A stretch of DNA of 63,835 bases, the filler included, from Octopus bimaculoides (Eukaryota), in the NCBI RefSeq assembly GCF_001194135.2. It is 8 parts of 8 records of this genome, joined end to end, with 100 filler letters (N's around TTAATTAATTAA, not from the genome) between each part and the next. Parts side by side here need not be neighbours in the genome. Positions count along the whole stretch, not along the records: positions 1 to 28,436 come from NC_068981.1; positions 28,537 to 40,092 come from NC_069005.1; positions 40,193 to 43,246 come from NC_068989.1; 5 more parts are not named here. One strand, written 5' to 3'. The position numbers were made by a program, and so were the translations under genes. A model generated the notes under the pieces. The model did no database searches, was not told the origin of the DNA, and saw only the letters and a list, made by a program, of their open reading frames with translations. This document shows, in pieces, positions 27,960 through 40,199 of this stretch. Within the stretch, counting starts at the first letter, position 1; every line of letters starts with the position of its first letter.

Positions 27960-28420
27960 TTAAACTACACATTTTTTTCAGCGTTGTTTCTATTGAAGGA
28001 AGCATTCCTGGGACATATTTTTTGTGGGTGGTGGACTGAGCAGCTACCTCGTCACAATCTCTCGAATTTCCTCAGCACCATCAAATATAGTTTGGGATCT
28101 TTCACAGCTGTACCTTGGTTTCAGAGTCATACATCCACGGTTCGTCACGTTTCTTGATCGTTTTCTTAAAGAAATCGTCTTCCTCGATACAATGAAAAAG
28201 ATATTGTACAGTTGAAACCAGATATTGAGATGACCACACTCCGCACCCTTTATATCGAATTATCCAATCATTGCTATAGACAACGGAAATGAGCGAGGAA
28301 ATAATAAAGTCTTGGGCACGCGAGAGTTCAAGTTTATTCAGTGGCCCGTGACTACTTCTCTCTGCGTACGTTAGTTCCGTTACCATAGCAAGTTTCCCAA
28401 TATTTTCGGTCAAACATCGT
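27960..28420 (-). mobile_element. Mariner transposase N-terminal relic
   Basis: LTENIGK...DFFKKTIKKRDEPWMYDSETKVQ resembles FL..IVTGDETW...YDPETK.Q. Confidence 0.6.
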
Positions 28421-28436
28421 ATATATATATATATAT

Positions 28437-28536
28437 NNNNNNNNNNNNNNNNNNNNNNNNNNNNNNNNNNNNNNNNNNNNTTAATTAATTAANNNNNNNN
28501 NNNNNNNNNNNNNNNNNNNNNNNNNNNNNNNNNNNN
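28437..28536. other. Assembly join (N44-TTAATTAATTAA-N44)
   Basis: Linker at 28481-28492 with stops in all six frames; identical layout at 7 sites. Confidence 0.95.
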
Positions 28537-28574
<38 letters not shown>

Positions 28575-28745
28575 TATGTAATGGTATATAATTCATATAA
28601 ATGTGTATATGTGTATATACTTGTAACTGTATGTATGTATATATGTAACTATACATGTGTATATGTTTATATGTGTATACATTTGTGTATGTACATATAT
28701 TGCATATATATATATATATATNNNNNNNNNNTATATATATATATA

Positions 28746-28782
<37 letters not shown>

Positions 28783-28848
28783 AATGTATATAACTTTGTG
28801 TGTGTATATATCAGTTACATATGTATAATATATGCATGTAACTATGTA

Positions 28849-28882
<34 letters not shown>

Positions 28883-29159
28883 TATGTAATGGTATATAAT
28901 TCATATAAATGTGTATATGTGTATATACTTGTAACTGTATGTATGTATATATGTAACTATACATGTGTATATGTTTATATGTGTATACATTTGTGTATGT
29001 ACATATATTGCATATATATATATATATATAGATATATATATATATATAGATATAAATACACACACACACACAGTATGTTTAGAAATCTATTTTTCTATTG
29101 AATTTTTTAATTACATTTGTGAAATAAAAACATTTTTACAGACACACACATGTGTGTGC

Positions 29160-29490
29160 ATGCTTGGTTGACGGAAACTGAAAGAAGCCCGTCGTGTATG
29201 TGTGTGCGTGTATATATATATATATACATATATATGTATATATTGTGTGAGTGTGTGTGTGTGTCTTTGTGTCTCTGTTTGTCCCCACCGCCACCGCTTG
29301 ACAACCGGTGTTGGTTTGTTTACGTCCCCGTGACTTAGCGGTTCGGCAAAACTGAGACCGATAGAATAAGTACCAGGCTTTATAAAAAAACAAAAACAAA
29401 AAAAAAAGACAATAAGTACTGGGGGTCGATTCATTCGGCTTAAAACTCTTCGAGGCAGTGCCCCAGCATGGTCACAGTCTAATGACAAAC
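29160..29490 (+). mobile_element. Composite family A SINE (3' head part, microsatellite, tail)
   Basis: gacggaaactgaaagaagcccgtcg...cttgacaaccggtgttggtttgtttacgtcccc...gccccagcatgg. Confidence 0.8.
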
Positions 29491-29526
29491 AAATAAGATA
29501 CATACACATTCATACATACCTGTGTT

Positions 29527-29557
<31 letters not shown>

Positions 29558-29633
29558 AAATAATACATGTATATATGTATGTGTGTGTGTATGTATATAT
29601 ATATATATATATATATGTATAAATACATGTATA

Positions 29634-29669
<36 letters not shown>

Positions 29670-29833
29670 CACACACGTATATATACACACATATATACAT
29701 ACATACATATATATATACATACAAATGTATATATACACACACACACATATATATACATATATACACACACATATATATATATATATCTATACATATATAC
29801 ACACATATTTATATACATATATATATATATATA

Positions 29834-29897
<64 letters not shown>

Positions 29898-30999
29898 CAC
29901 ACACATATAAATTCAAGAATCTTCACACAAACAACTGCTTAAGCAGACCAACATCAAAGGAAGCACTAAGGTGAAATTCTACCAAAATGTATTGAGCCAA
30001 TTCTACTACAGCACCAAATGTATTTGGTACCATCTCTCCGCAGACACCTTGATTCTTGTGTTTACATGGAAATACTTTTTCGTTACGTTCGAGTCTCTTT
30101 CATCAAAAAAAAAAAAAAAAATGTAAAAAACATCTTCGGGTTTTTTATTTTGTTTTTCATTTTATTTTATTTATTTTTTTGTGGAGGAAACTAACTCTGA
30201 CACAAGCGCCATCTATTGTCATTCGTTAGATTGTCTTCCTTTCATTTTCTTTCTTCTAGATTTGTCTAGATTTTCTTTTTTTTTTTTTTCCTTCAGTGTT
30301 CTCAATACATGCCTCTCTTTCTTACAGTTATATACTTCAGCACATACACACACATATATACTAGTATATACATACATATATATATGTATGCTTGTATACT
30401 ATACATGTACTATATAAAAAAAATATATATATATACTATAAATAAATTATATATGTAGTATATGTGTATGTATGTTACACATTAAAAATAAAAAATTCAC
30501 TGAAAAACAACAATTCTGCATTTTATACATCCAACAATATTTTGTGTGTCTATGGTATGAGTGTGTCTGCTATGTGAGTGTGTATGTGTGTGAGTGTATG
30601 TGTATGAGTTTGCGTGTATGTATGTGTGTGTGTGTACTATGTTCTGAAACTGTTGGTGAGACACAGAGAAATAAATCTATGGTTGTTGCCCAATAAAAGT
30701 TTTTCTTTTATAAAATACACCACTGCGTTTTTTTGTTTGTCATCAATTGTCTCCATTTCATAACCATTGTCTTCGTTTAACATTTCGCTTTCCATGCTGG
30801 CATGGGTTAGATGGTTCGACTGGAACTGGCACTGGTGAGCTGCAGAGCTACACCAGGCTCCAGTCATCTGTTTTTTCTTGGTTTCTACGGCTGGATGCCC
30901 TTCTTAATGCCAACCACTCTACAGTGTATCAGATGCCTTTTACATGTCACCAGCACTGACCATGACTACAATTTCATATTATATATATATATATATATA

Positions 31000-31200
31000 T
31001 AAGAATTTAAGGATTGGAGAAAACGCATGTTATAATTGCATACTTTATTCCTACATATGTTTCAAAGGATTACAACCTGTGTGATCCATAGGGATCTTTG
31101 ATATTAAAATTGTAACCTTCTCATCAGGGAAAGCATGGGAATCATCTTAAACGTAAGACATTATGACTGATTATCTTAATCTCCAATCCTTAAATTCTTA
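31000..31200 (-). mobile_element. 201-bp element with 21-bp perfect inverted termini enclosing a hammerhead
   Basis: TAAGAATTTAAGGATTGGAGA (31000-31020) and TCTCCAATCCTTAAATTCTTA (31180-31200) are exact reverse complements. The left end abuts (TA)n. Confidence 0.75.
31048..31131 (-). ncRNA. Type I hammerhead ribozyme motif, apparently intact
   Basis: Minus strand reads TTCC-CTGATGA-GAAGG-TTACAA...GATCC-CTAT-GGATC...TTGTAA-T-CCTTT-GAAA-CATATG-TA-GGAA. Stem I TTCC/GGAA, stem II GAAGG/CCTTT with extensions, palindromic stem III ACATATGT, cleavage triplet GUA. Confidence 0.85.
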
Positions 31201-31459
31201 AATATACTCAAATACCCAAAATTTCAAGGAGTTCCTGCCTTAAAAACAGGAGCTAACCACAGATATTTTGTGTTCTTTGCTACATTGGTTTCAATTAACC
31301 CATTTATTCTATCAGAAGAATNNNNNNNNNNNNNNNNNNNNNNNNNNNNNNNNNNNNNNNNNNNNNNNNNNNNNNNNNNNNNNNNNNNNNNNNNNNNNNN
31401 NNNNNNNNNNNNNNNNNNNNNNNNNNNNNNNNNNNNNNNNNNNNNNNNNNNNNNNNATG

Positions 31460-31672
31460 TACTCACTCTTTGACGTCCCAGTACTCATGCATTTTGTGTT
31501 CAAGTAGATGTTTATTGATATACATACAATCCTAAAAAGTTAAATTAAATTCAGGAAAATAAATTTTTTGTAGAAACGATTATTTATTGTCATTTAGAAA
31601 TATAAAAAAAGAAAACACTACATTAGTAATCGTCTGTCTAAGATTGAGTACATCTTTTTGGGACACCCTGTA
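31460..31672. mobile_element. Tc1/mariner-like terminus
   Basis: Ends in TTTTTGGGACACCCTG|TA, the reverse complement of TACAGGGTGTCCCAAAA. The other end is not found, possibly in the gap. Confidence 0.45.
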
Positions 31673-31682
31673 TATCACCATC

Positions 31683-32035
31683 ATCATTGTTTAACGTCCG
31701 CCTTCCATGCTAGCATGGGTTGGACGATTTGAATGACGACTGGCGAACCAGGCACCAATCTGATCTGGCAGAGTTTCTACAGCTGGATGCCCTTCCTAAC
31801 GCCAACCATTCCGAGAGTGTAGTGGGTGCCACCTGCACAGGAGCCAGTCCAGCAGCACTAGCAACAACCTCGCTCGAATGTTTTTTCACGTGCCAGTAAG
31901 GCGACGCTGGTAACGATCACGCTCAAAAGGTGCTATTTACGTGCCACTGGCACGGAAGCCAGACAGCTGCTCTGGCAATGATCACGCTCGGACGGTGCTC
32001 TTAGCGCTCCACTGGCACAGGTGCCAGTCATCGAA
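31683..32035 (+). mobile_element. Interspersed repeat family D
   Basis: gtttaacgtccgccttccatgctagcatgggttgg...ttctacagctggatgcccttcctaacgccaacc. Copies at 30775-30965 and 39445-39770, with internal cgtgccac.ggca subrepeats. Confidence 0.8.
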
Positions 32036-32308
32036 TCTATAACTGCACTTGAACATTCATAATAAACAAGCAGAAGATGAAGCCACTTCTGAAATGAGAT
32101 ATTACTGCAGTAATTGTGATCTTCATGGTCTTGAAAGTCATTTAAGATATCACGTTAGGAAAGAGCAATTATAGACACCAGAAGAGGTCAAGTGAGGCCC
32201 TGGATTGACAGAGTACACAACAGAAGACCATACATCTTCCAACAGGACTCTGAGCCATCTCATTAGGCTAGGACACCCCAAGGAGCAGACAACAACCATA
32301 TATGTATA

Positions 32309-32427
32309 CAGGGTGTTCAGAAAGTATCTCTGCAGTGAATTTCTTTCATCCTGCAGAAATCAGCCTAGGAACTGCTCACACAGCAGTAAAAAAGTTGAAA
32401 ATGAAGGACAACACTTTCAACACCCTA
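32309..32427. mobile_element. 119-bp Tc1/mariner-type MITE
   Basis: TA|CAGGGTGTTCAGAAAGT ... ACTTTCAACACCCTA|TA: imperfect TIRs with TA flanks. Confidence 0.65.
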
Positions 32428-32539
32428 TAAAGTTTTTTAAAGTCTTGTAAAGTCTAAAATATTCTTTTGTAGTCTTATACCATCTTATAAATATTTATTT
32501 TGCAGTAAAATACCTACTTGATTAAGTTTCAATTAGGGA

Positions 32540-32795
32540 GCAAATATTTAAGAAAAAGTGGAAGTGGATTGGTAGCACAATTAGAAAGGACACACCAAAT
32601 GTAGCGAAAAGTGCTTTACAGTGGAATCCGGATGGATATAGAAAGAGGGGTAGGCCTAAGAACTCGTGGTGTAGATCAACACAAAAGGAACTAGAGAAAG
32701 GGGGACCTTCATGGCAGAGTATAAGTACAGAAGCGAAAAATTATGCGACATGGAATTCAATTATAAGTGGCCTATACTCCATGTTGGAGGGTTAA
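32540..32795 (+). mobile_element. RTE LINE 3' end
   Basis: KKWKWIGSTIRKDTPNVAKSALQWNPDGYRKRGRPKNSWCRS...W...GLYSM. Confidence 0.85.
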
Positions 32796-33259
32796 AAGCA
32801 AGAAAAAAAGAAAAAAATACCTACTGCGGAGAGACTTTTTGAACACCCTATGGGCTTCCTTCAGTTTCTGTCTACCAAATCCATTGACAAGGCTTTGGTC
32901 AGCCCAGGGTCCAAGGAACCACACAGTGGCACTGAACACAGAATTGTATAGTTGAGAAACAAACTTCTTACCACACAACCAAGCATAGGCTTGTGTGTGT
33001 ATATAAGGTAGATTTTAGACATAAGGTAGATGTGTATACAAGGTAGATTTTAGACATCGGCATCTACTTCTAGCAATGTTGACGACTTGTATACATTCTT
33101 GCTTGCCCTTGATATATATTTATAAATTGATTAATTTAACTTTAACTGGTTCTTTGTTTGCTAACTACCTGATAAAATCTAATATAGATTTTATCCTTAA
33201 TTTTAAAATATATTAAAAATATATAATTTCACAATCAACACCCCCTTAACACTATACAA

Positions 33260-33425
33260 TCTCTCATTACTGCCATAACCAGTACTGTGTCCAAAATCTA
33301 TGATCATCTAATTAGAGGTATGTCAATACATCTGTCATTACTGCCAAAGGTGGTCCTACTCCCATACTAAAAAAAAATTAGTTTGAAGTTTTAAGGTGTT
33401 TCCATCATTTTGTCCAACTCCTGTA
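33260..33425 (+). mobile_element. Tc1-like element right end
   Basis: KGGPT(PY*) transposase C-terminus with a 1-nt slip, then TIR ...GGTGTTTCCATCATTTTGTCCAACTCCTG|TA. Confidence 0.6.
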
Positions 33426-33584
33426 CATAATACAGAAATGAAGTTATTTTAATAGAAATTCTTAATTTTTATGACTTTCTCAACATTATTATTATTATTA
33501 TTATAAGACATGGTAGGAAATCAATTTTCCACCAAGCAATATTTTTTTTTTAATTATTGGGGGTGGGAGTACAAAAGAAAGTTT

Positions 33585-33720
33585 TTCCGAGTTGACTGGA
33601 GCAACATGAAGTAAAATGTCTTGCTCAAGGACACAACATGTTACCAGGAATCGAACTCCCAGCCTTAGTAAGTAACGACTGTGAGCAGATGCCCTAACCA
33701 CTTAGCTACACGCCTTCACA
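33585..33720 (-). mobile_element. tRNA-derived SINE head (family E)
   Basis: Minus strand: ggcgtgtagctaagtggttaggg...gagttcgattcc...ccttgagcaagac. Related copies at 34375-34530, 38990-39260 and 58030-58270. Confidence 0.75.
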
Positions 33721-34586
33721 CACAAACACACATCGAATGATGAGCATAAATATTGAACACCGCATTGGTGGATGTAATTTCTTTATTTGTGAATTAAGGC
33801 CACCATTCGTTCATGAAACCAATGGTAGCCTGAATTCATATATATATATATATATACACACACGTATATATGATGGGCTCTCCTGTCGTTAGACGGGGTA
33901 TGAGGGTTCGACAATGAAACAGATATGGACGACTTGCTCCGAAACACCACCGAGTGGGGAACACTGCTCAAAAATAAACCTGCAATTGTTTCTTTCAAAA
34001 TTCCTACATGCTCGAAATGTACATACATCAAGGGATATTTGTAGAAAATTTCACGAAAAAATATTCATTTTCCTGGAAGTTAAGAGGAAATTAAGTGGAC
34101 TCTGGTGGAATTTCCGAAAATTGCCCCCCACCCCCTCCCCAAAAAACTTTCACCGAAATTTTTTGTATATTCGGAATCTACATAATAAATAATATATGCA
34201 TAGAAAATTTCCTTTAAAAATATTCATTTTTCTGAAAGTTATGACCTTCCAAAGTCGTGGGGTACAATTCTGTAGTTATGCCACATAGACAATTTCTTAC
34301 CGAACACACTGATCAAATGTTTGTGTAGACATAAAGCTCATTCTTTTCATCAAATCGACATTACCTGTACAGGTGTAACTGGGTGCCACATATCAGGTGA
34401 CGAAATGATCGCAGAGCAACGTGAAATAAAGTGCTTTGCTCAAGAACGCAACACCCGGTCTGGGAATCGAACCCACGATCACGCAATCGTGTGTGCAACA
34501 CCCTAACCACTAAGCCATGCGCCTCCACATATGTATATAATTTCCATTGTTCAGGAGAATGAGGTACTTAAATGGTAAAGCACCAA

Positions 34587-34622
34587 GGTCAGGTCAGGTC
34601 AGATCAGGTCAGGTCAGGTCAG
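34587..34622. repeat. (AGGTC)n pentanucleotide repeat
   Basis: aggtcaggtcaggtcagatcaggtcaggtcaggtca. Confidence 0.9.
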
Positions 34623-34783
34623 TGGTAGCGCTATCATATATACACACCGTATTGAAGGACAAATGCTTACTCACTAAAGTAACCACGGGCTTGTTGCTCC
34701 AGTTACGCATGGATTCACAAATGGCTGCCCAAATACCCGAGTCATCCAGGTCACACATGGCTACACTCACTGCACCTATACAA

Positions 34784-34943
34784 CGGATCAGAGGTGGGGG
34801 AATCTTTTTAGGCTCCGGATCACAGGTTGGGGGAATATTTTTAGACTCTGGATCAGAGGTGGGGGAATATTTTTAGGCTCCGGATCAGAGGTGGGGGAGT
34901 ATTTTTAGGCTCCGGATCAGAGGTGGGGGAGTATTTTTAGGCT
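34784..34943. repeat. 32-bp G-rich minisatellite, about 5 visible copies, running into a gap
   Basis: Unit GGCTCCGGATCAGAGGTGGGGGAGTATTTTTA; period of 32 confirmed between 34876 and 34908. Confidence 0.92.
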
Positions 34944-35599
34944 NNNNNNNNNNNNNNNNNNNNNNNNNNNNNNNNNNNNNNNNNNNNNNNNNNNNNNNNN
35001 NNNNNNNNNNNNNNNNNNNNNNNNNNNNNNNNNNNNNNNNNNNNNNNNNNNNNNNNNNNNNNNNNNNNNNNNNNNNNNNNNNNNNNNNNNNNNNNNNNNN
35101 NNNNNNNNNNNNNNNNNNNNNNNNNNNNNNNNNNNNNNNNNNNNNNNNNNNNNNNNNNNNNNNNNNNNNNNNNNNNNNNNNNNNNNNNNNNNNNNNNNNN
35201 NNNNNNNNNNNNNNNNNNNNNNNNNNNNNNNNNNNNNNNNNNNNNNNNNNNNNNNNNNNNNNNNNNNNNNNNNNNNNNNNNNNNNNNNNNNNNNNNNNNN
35301 NNNNNNNNNNNNNNNNNNNNNNNNNNNNNNNNNNNNNNNNNNNNNNNNNNNNNNNNNNNNNNNNNNNNNNNNNNNNNNNNNNNNNNNNNNNNNNNNNNNN
35401 NNNNNNNNNNNNNNNNNNNNNNNNNNNNNNNNNNNNNNNNNNNNNNNNNNNNNNNNNNNNNNNNNNNNNNNNNNNNNNNNNNNNNNNNNNNNNNNNNNNN
35501 NNNNNNNNNNNNNNNNNNNNNNNNNNNNNNNNNNNNNNNNNGTTTAATCGTAATCGAAACAAAGCCGCAACAAAATATTTCATTACTATTTTATAAATC

Positions 35600-37300
35600 C
35601 ATAATATATTTGATAATAAATCACAATAGTAAAGAGGACTCACCCGTCAATGATTAAGATGTTGCTGTTTTCGTTCGAAAGCATTTCAATGTCTGGTTGT
35701 AGCATCGATGTTCGTAGTTTAAGCTGACCTTCTGGATGGACATCCGTAATTTGCGACCTTAAGGGAGTCTTGATCATGTTTAACCCATTACCTACCAGTG
35801 ATCTCATATGAGATCACTTAAAAATCACAAATTTCGTAATATTATCTGTCAATATTTACACATATCTAACCTTTTTGCTCTATCTACTAGGTATATTTCA
35901 CTGATATTCAAATGAGGTTTGCTAATTTTTCACCCAATATCTCGCTTATTTCGTTTTTAAATGTTATTTTGATCATTCCAGCGTGTTTCTAAGGTTGTTT
36001 TATGCTGGAAATCAAAGTTTCATATAAAAAAATCCCAGTTAATAGAATTATAGGAGGTAAGAGGTAAATATGAAAATGTAAATCCGTGGCAATATGTCGT
36101 AATTAAGCGGGAAAGCATTTTTCGTGTATGTCGACGAGGTCGTGGGTATTCACCTGCATTTTTCCATATTTCAACTGGATCTTTTTTTAGCATTAAATAA
36201 CGACTATAAAATTTCGTCTTTTGAGAGTTCGATTAATTCTTTCTGTAACACATTTGGAGCCTTTCAAACATCAATTAGATGTGGTAGAAATGCTAATTTG
36301 AGTCTAATATCATGTATCTCAGAACACCTGCATATTCATCAACGGATTCATACAAATTTTCGTGGTTATGAATGACATCTGAGGAAAATGTCCATTCATC
36401 TGAAATCTTAGATCTTTCTTCAAGAAAGGTAGTTTTTCCGACACGCTTCAATTTTTTTGCCACATATTATAAACTGATTTCGTTTTACCCTGCAAATAAA
36501 TATTCAGGCCATTTTGCTTTGACATATCACAAAGAAATGCAGTATTTCTACAGAAATATTCATCTAATAATTCACATTGTTCATTCCGGTTCTTCATAAA
36601 ATGTTATTATCTTCCCACGTAAACTTAAAACATATTTTCTAACACCTGTCCTTGCGACAATCAACACACAAATCCACCCTGAATACTTCATCTTCCAACC
36701 ATATCAGGTTACGAAACAGACGATGCCTTGTTGCATTATAATGAACAATATTAATGGCTTGTTGCAGAATGTCACTTAAAATGGTTGATTTAGCAGAAAG
36801 ATTTTGCTGATACAATGAAAAGAAATGGTAGCATCTGGATCTGATATGACTTCGTTTTTCATCTGGGCAATAAATCCTTTACATTTTCCAGTCATGGAAG
36901 GAACATCGTTTGTACATTCAATAATTAAATTATCCAAATTCAACCCAACTTTTGGACGTTTATCTTGAAAGTGTGTGAAGACATTTATTCCTCGTGTTCT
37001 ATCCGGAAGAGTGTCCAAAGCTAGTAATTCTTTGTAGTAAGTAAAATCTTCTAGTTATGGCACGAACGAAATATAAACCTTGCGCCGAATCACTTGTGTC
37101 AATTGAATCAGTACTTTTTGGTTATCTTACTCCCATTGAAAATTTGCTATTAAAAAACTGGTTTATCTCTCCACTAAAAAAATAAAGTTCGTGTGACGAT
37201 AAGAGATTGGATTAAAAGAAATCCTTTTCATTCAATACTTCAACACATTGTTAACGTTTGCCCCCCTCAAAAGGCATCGTGTGATTTGTTATAAAAATGT
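35600..37300 (-). mobile_element. hAT (Buster/SPIN-like) transposase relic
   Basis: DTSDSAQ..FVRA, ELLALDTLPDRTRGINVF, LIIECTNDVPSMTGKCKGFIA...SFHCI and LNMIKTPLRSQITD..QLKLRTSMLQPDIEML. Confidence 0.85.
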
Positions 37301-37324
37301 TATCAGACTATAAAAATGTTAATG

Positions 37325-37480
37325 GCGTAGGAGTGGCTGTGTGGTAGGAAGCTTGCTTATGAACCACATGGTTCTGGGTTCAGTCCCACTGCATGGCACC
37401 TTGGGCAAGTGTCTTCTACTATAGCCTCGGGCCGACCAAAGCATTGTGAGTCGATTTAGTAGACGGAAACTGAAAAAAGC
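37325..37480 (+). mobile_element. tRNA-derived SINE family A head
   Basis: gtggctgtgtggta...ggttcagtcccactg..ggcaccttgggcaagtgtcttctactatagcc. Other copies near 18160, 19925(-), 32825(-), 39770, 39960, 41425 and 60410. Confidence 0.85.
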
Positions 37481-38441
37481 NNNNNNNNNNNNNNNNNNNN
37501 NNNNNNNNNNNNNNNNNNNNNNNNNNNNNNNNNNNNNNNNNNNNNNNNNNNNNNNNNNNNNNNNNNNNNNNNNNNNNNNNNNNNNNNNNNNNNNNNNNNN
37601 NNNNNNNNNNNNNNNNNNNNNNNNNNNNNNNNNNNNNNNNNNNNNNNNNNNNNNNNNNNNNNNNNNNNNNNNNNNNNNNNNNNNNNNNNNNNNNNNNNNN
37701 NNNNNNNNNNNNNNNNNNNNNNNNNNNNNNNNNNNNNNNNNNNNNNNNNNNNNNNNNNNNNNNNNNNNNNNNNNNNNNNNNNNNNNNNNNNNNNNNNNNN
37801 NNNNNNNNNNNNNNNNNNNNNNNNNNNNNNNNNNNNNNNNNNNNNNNNNNNNNNNNNNNNNNNNNNNNNNNNNNNNNNNNNNNNNNNNNNNNNNNNNNNN
37901 NNNNNNNNNNNNNNNNNNNNNNNNNNNNNNNNNNNNNNNNNNNNNNNNNNNNNNNNNNNNNNNNNNNNNNNNNNNNNNNNNNNNNNNNNNNNNNNNNNNN
38001 NNNNNNNNNNNNNNNNNNNNNNNNNNNNNNNNNNNNNNNNNNNNNNNNNNNNNNNNNNNNNNNNNNNNNNNNNNNNNNNNNNNNNNNNNNNNNNNNNNNN
38101 NNNNNNNNNNNNNNNNNNNNNNNNNNNNNNNNNNNNNNNNNNNNNNNNNNNNNNNNNNNNNNNNNNNNNNNNNNNNNNNNNNNNNNNNNNNNNNNNNNNN
38201 NNNNNNNNNNNNNNNNNNNNNNNNNNNNNNNNNNNNNNNNNNNNNNNNNNNNNNNNNNNNNNNNNNNNNNNNNNNNNNNNNNNNNNNNNNNNNNNNNNNN
38301 NNNNNNNNNNNNNNNNNNNNNNNNNNNNNNNNNNNNNNNNNNNNNNNNNNNNNNNNNNNNNNNNNNNNNNNNNNNNNNNNNNNNNNNNNNNNNNNNNNNN
38401 NNNNNNNNNNNNNNTATTATATATTTGTTGTTGTTGTTGGC

Positions 38442-38760
38442 ATTCCGTCGCTTACAACGTCGAGGATTCCAGTTGATTCGACCAACGGAACAGCCTGCTC
38501 GTGAAATTAACGTGCAAGTGGCTGAGCACTCCACGGACACGTGTACCCTTAACGTAGTTCTCGGGGAGATTCAGCGTGACACAGAGTGTGACAAGGCTGA
38601 CCCTTTGAATTACAGGCACAACAGAAACAGGAAGTAAGAGAGAGAGAAAGTTGTGGTGAAAGAGTACAGTAGGGTTCGCCACCATCCCCTGCCGGAGCCT
38701 CGTGGAGCTTTAGGTGTTTTCGCTCAATAAACACTTACAACGCCCGGTTTGAGAATCGAA
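38442..38760 (-). mobile_element. Same SINE family as 54734-55116, head truncated
   Basis: High identity by eye to the reverse complement of 54790-55110. Confidence 0.9.
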
Positions 38761-38944
38761 AATTATTATATATCTGTATATATATATATATAAAGTGTCA
38801 CATATTTTTACAGATAAATTCCTCTATTTACTTAATATCGAGGTCTCTTTCTTTATTTTGTTGTCCTTTCTATCAATATATATATATATACACACATATA
38901 TATACATACATATATATATTTGTATTTATATACATGTGTATATA

Positions 38945-38975
<31 letters not shown>

Positions 38976-40092
38976 AAACGACTCTGTTGGTCACAAACGG
39001 TCATGGGTGCACCTAAGAGGTTCCCCTCGAGGGTACAAATCTGAGTGGAAAGTCGCCTCTGCATACCAGCCTCCTCTCTCCATGCCACCGATGTTATCCA
39101 AGAGAGAGACAAAGGGGCCGATACAGCTTGGAACCTGTGACGTCACAACTCATTTCTACAGCTGAGTGAACTGGAGTAACATGAAATAAAGTGTCTTGCT
39201 CAAGAACACAACACGCAGCCTACTCCAGTAATCGAACTCACAACCTCATGATTGTAAGCTAAAGAATTCTTTATTTTGTATATTTTCATTTGTTTTGCCC
39301 ATTCATGTTCTGGTGTGTGCTGAATTTCCCTAGAGAACATTTTCTTTTGTGGTTTGACCGTAGCTGGTCTATTTCTAGTATAATGGATGTCCACTTAGTG
39401 GCCATCCCTTCTTATATGTGTGTGTATATATATATATATATATATCGTCATTGTTTAACATCTACTTTTCATGCTAACATGGGTTGGACAGTTTGACTGG
39501 GGACTGGCAAGCCAGGAGGCTGCACCAGGCTCCAATCTGATCTGGCAATCTTTCTACAGCTGGATGCCTTTCCTAATCCCAACCACTCCAAGAGTGTAGT
39601 GGGTGCTTTTTTATGTGCCACTGGTATGAGGGTCAGTCAGGTGGTACTGTATACTGTCATCGACCACGCTTGAATGGTGCTTTTTATGTGCCACCGGCAT
39701 TGGAACCAGTCAGCCGGCACTGGCAACAACCATGCTCAAATGGTGCTTTTTATGTGCCACCGGCATGGTCTATATGTAAGAAACTTGCTTCCCAGTCACA
39801 TGGTCCTGGGTTCAGTCCCACTGTGTGGCACCTTGGGCAAGTGTCTTTTACTGTAGTCTTGGGCTGACCAGTCTTGTGAGTGGATTTGGTTGACGGAAAC
39901 TGAAAGAAGCCTTTTGTGTGTATATGTGTACATATATTGTGTGTGTGTGTGTGTGTGTGTGTGGTAAGAAACTTGCTTCCCAGCTACATGGTTCCAAGTT
40001 CAGTCCCACTGTGTGGCAGCTACTCTAGCCCTGATCTGACCAAAGCCTTGTGAATGGATTTGGTAGATGGAAACTGAAAGAAGTTCATATAT

Positions 40093-40192
40093 NNNNNNNN
40101 NNNNNNNNNNNNNNNNNNNNNNNNNNNNNNNNNNNNTTAATTAATTAANNNNNNNNNNNNNNNNNNNNNNNNNNNNNNNNNNNNNNNNNNNN
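40093..40192. other. Assembly join
   Basis: Linker at 40137-40148. Confidence 0.95.
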
Positions 40193-40199
40193 ACACACA

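Noticed and set aside
28571-29020. ~140-bp direct duplication (28571-28710 and 28879-29020)
   Set aside because: It flanks a 10-N gap in low-complexity DNA; probably an unmerged contig overlap or haplotype duplication.
34784-34943. CRISPR-like regular 32-bp repeat
   Set aside because: Units are contiguous with no unique spacers, and the context is eukaryotic; it is a minisatellite.
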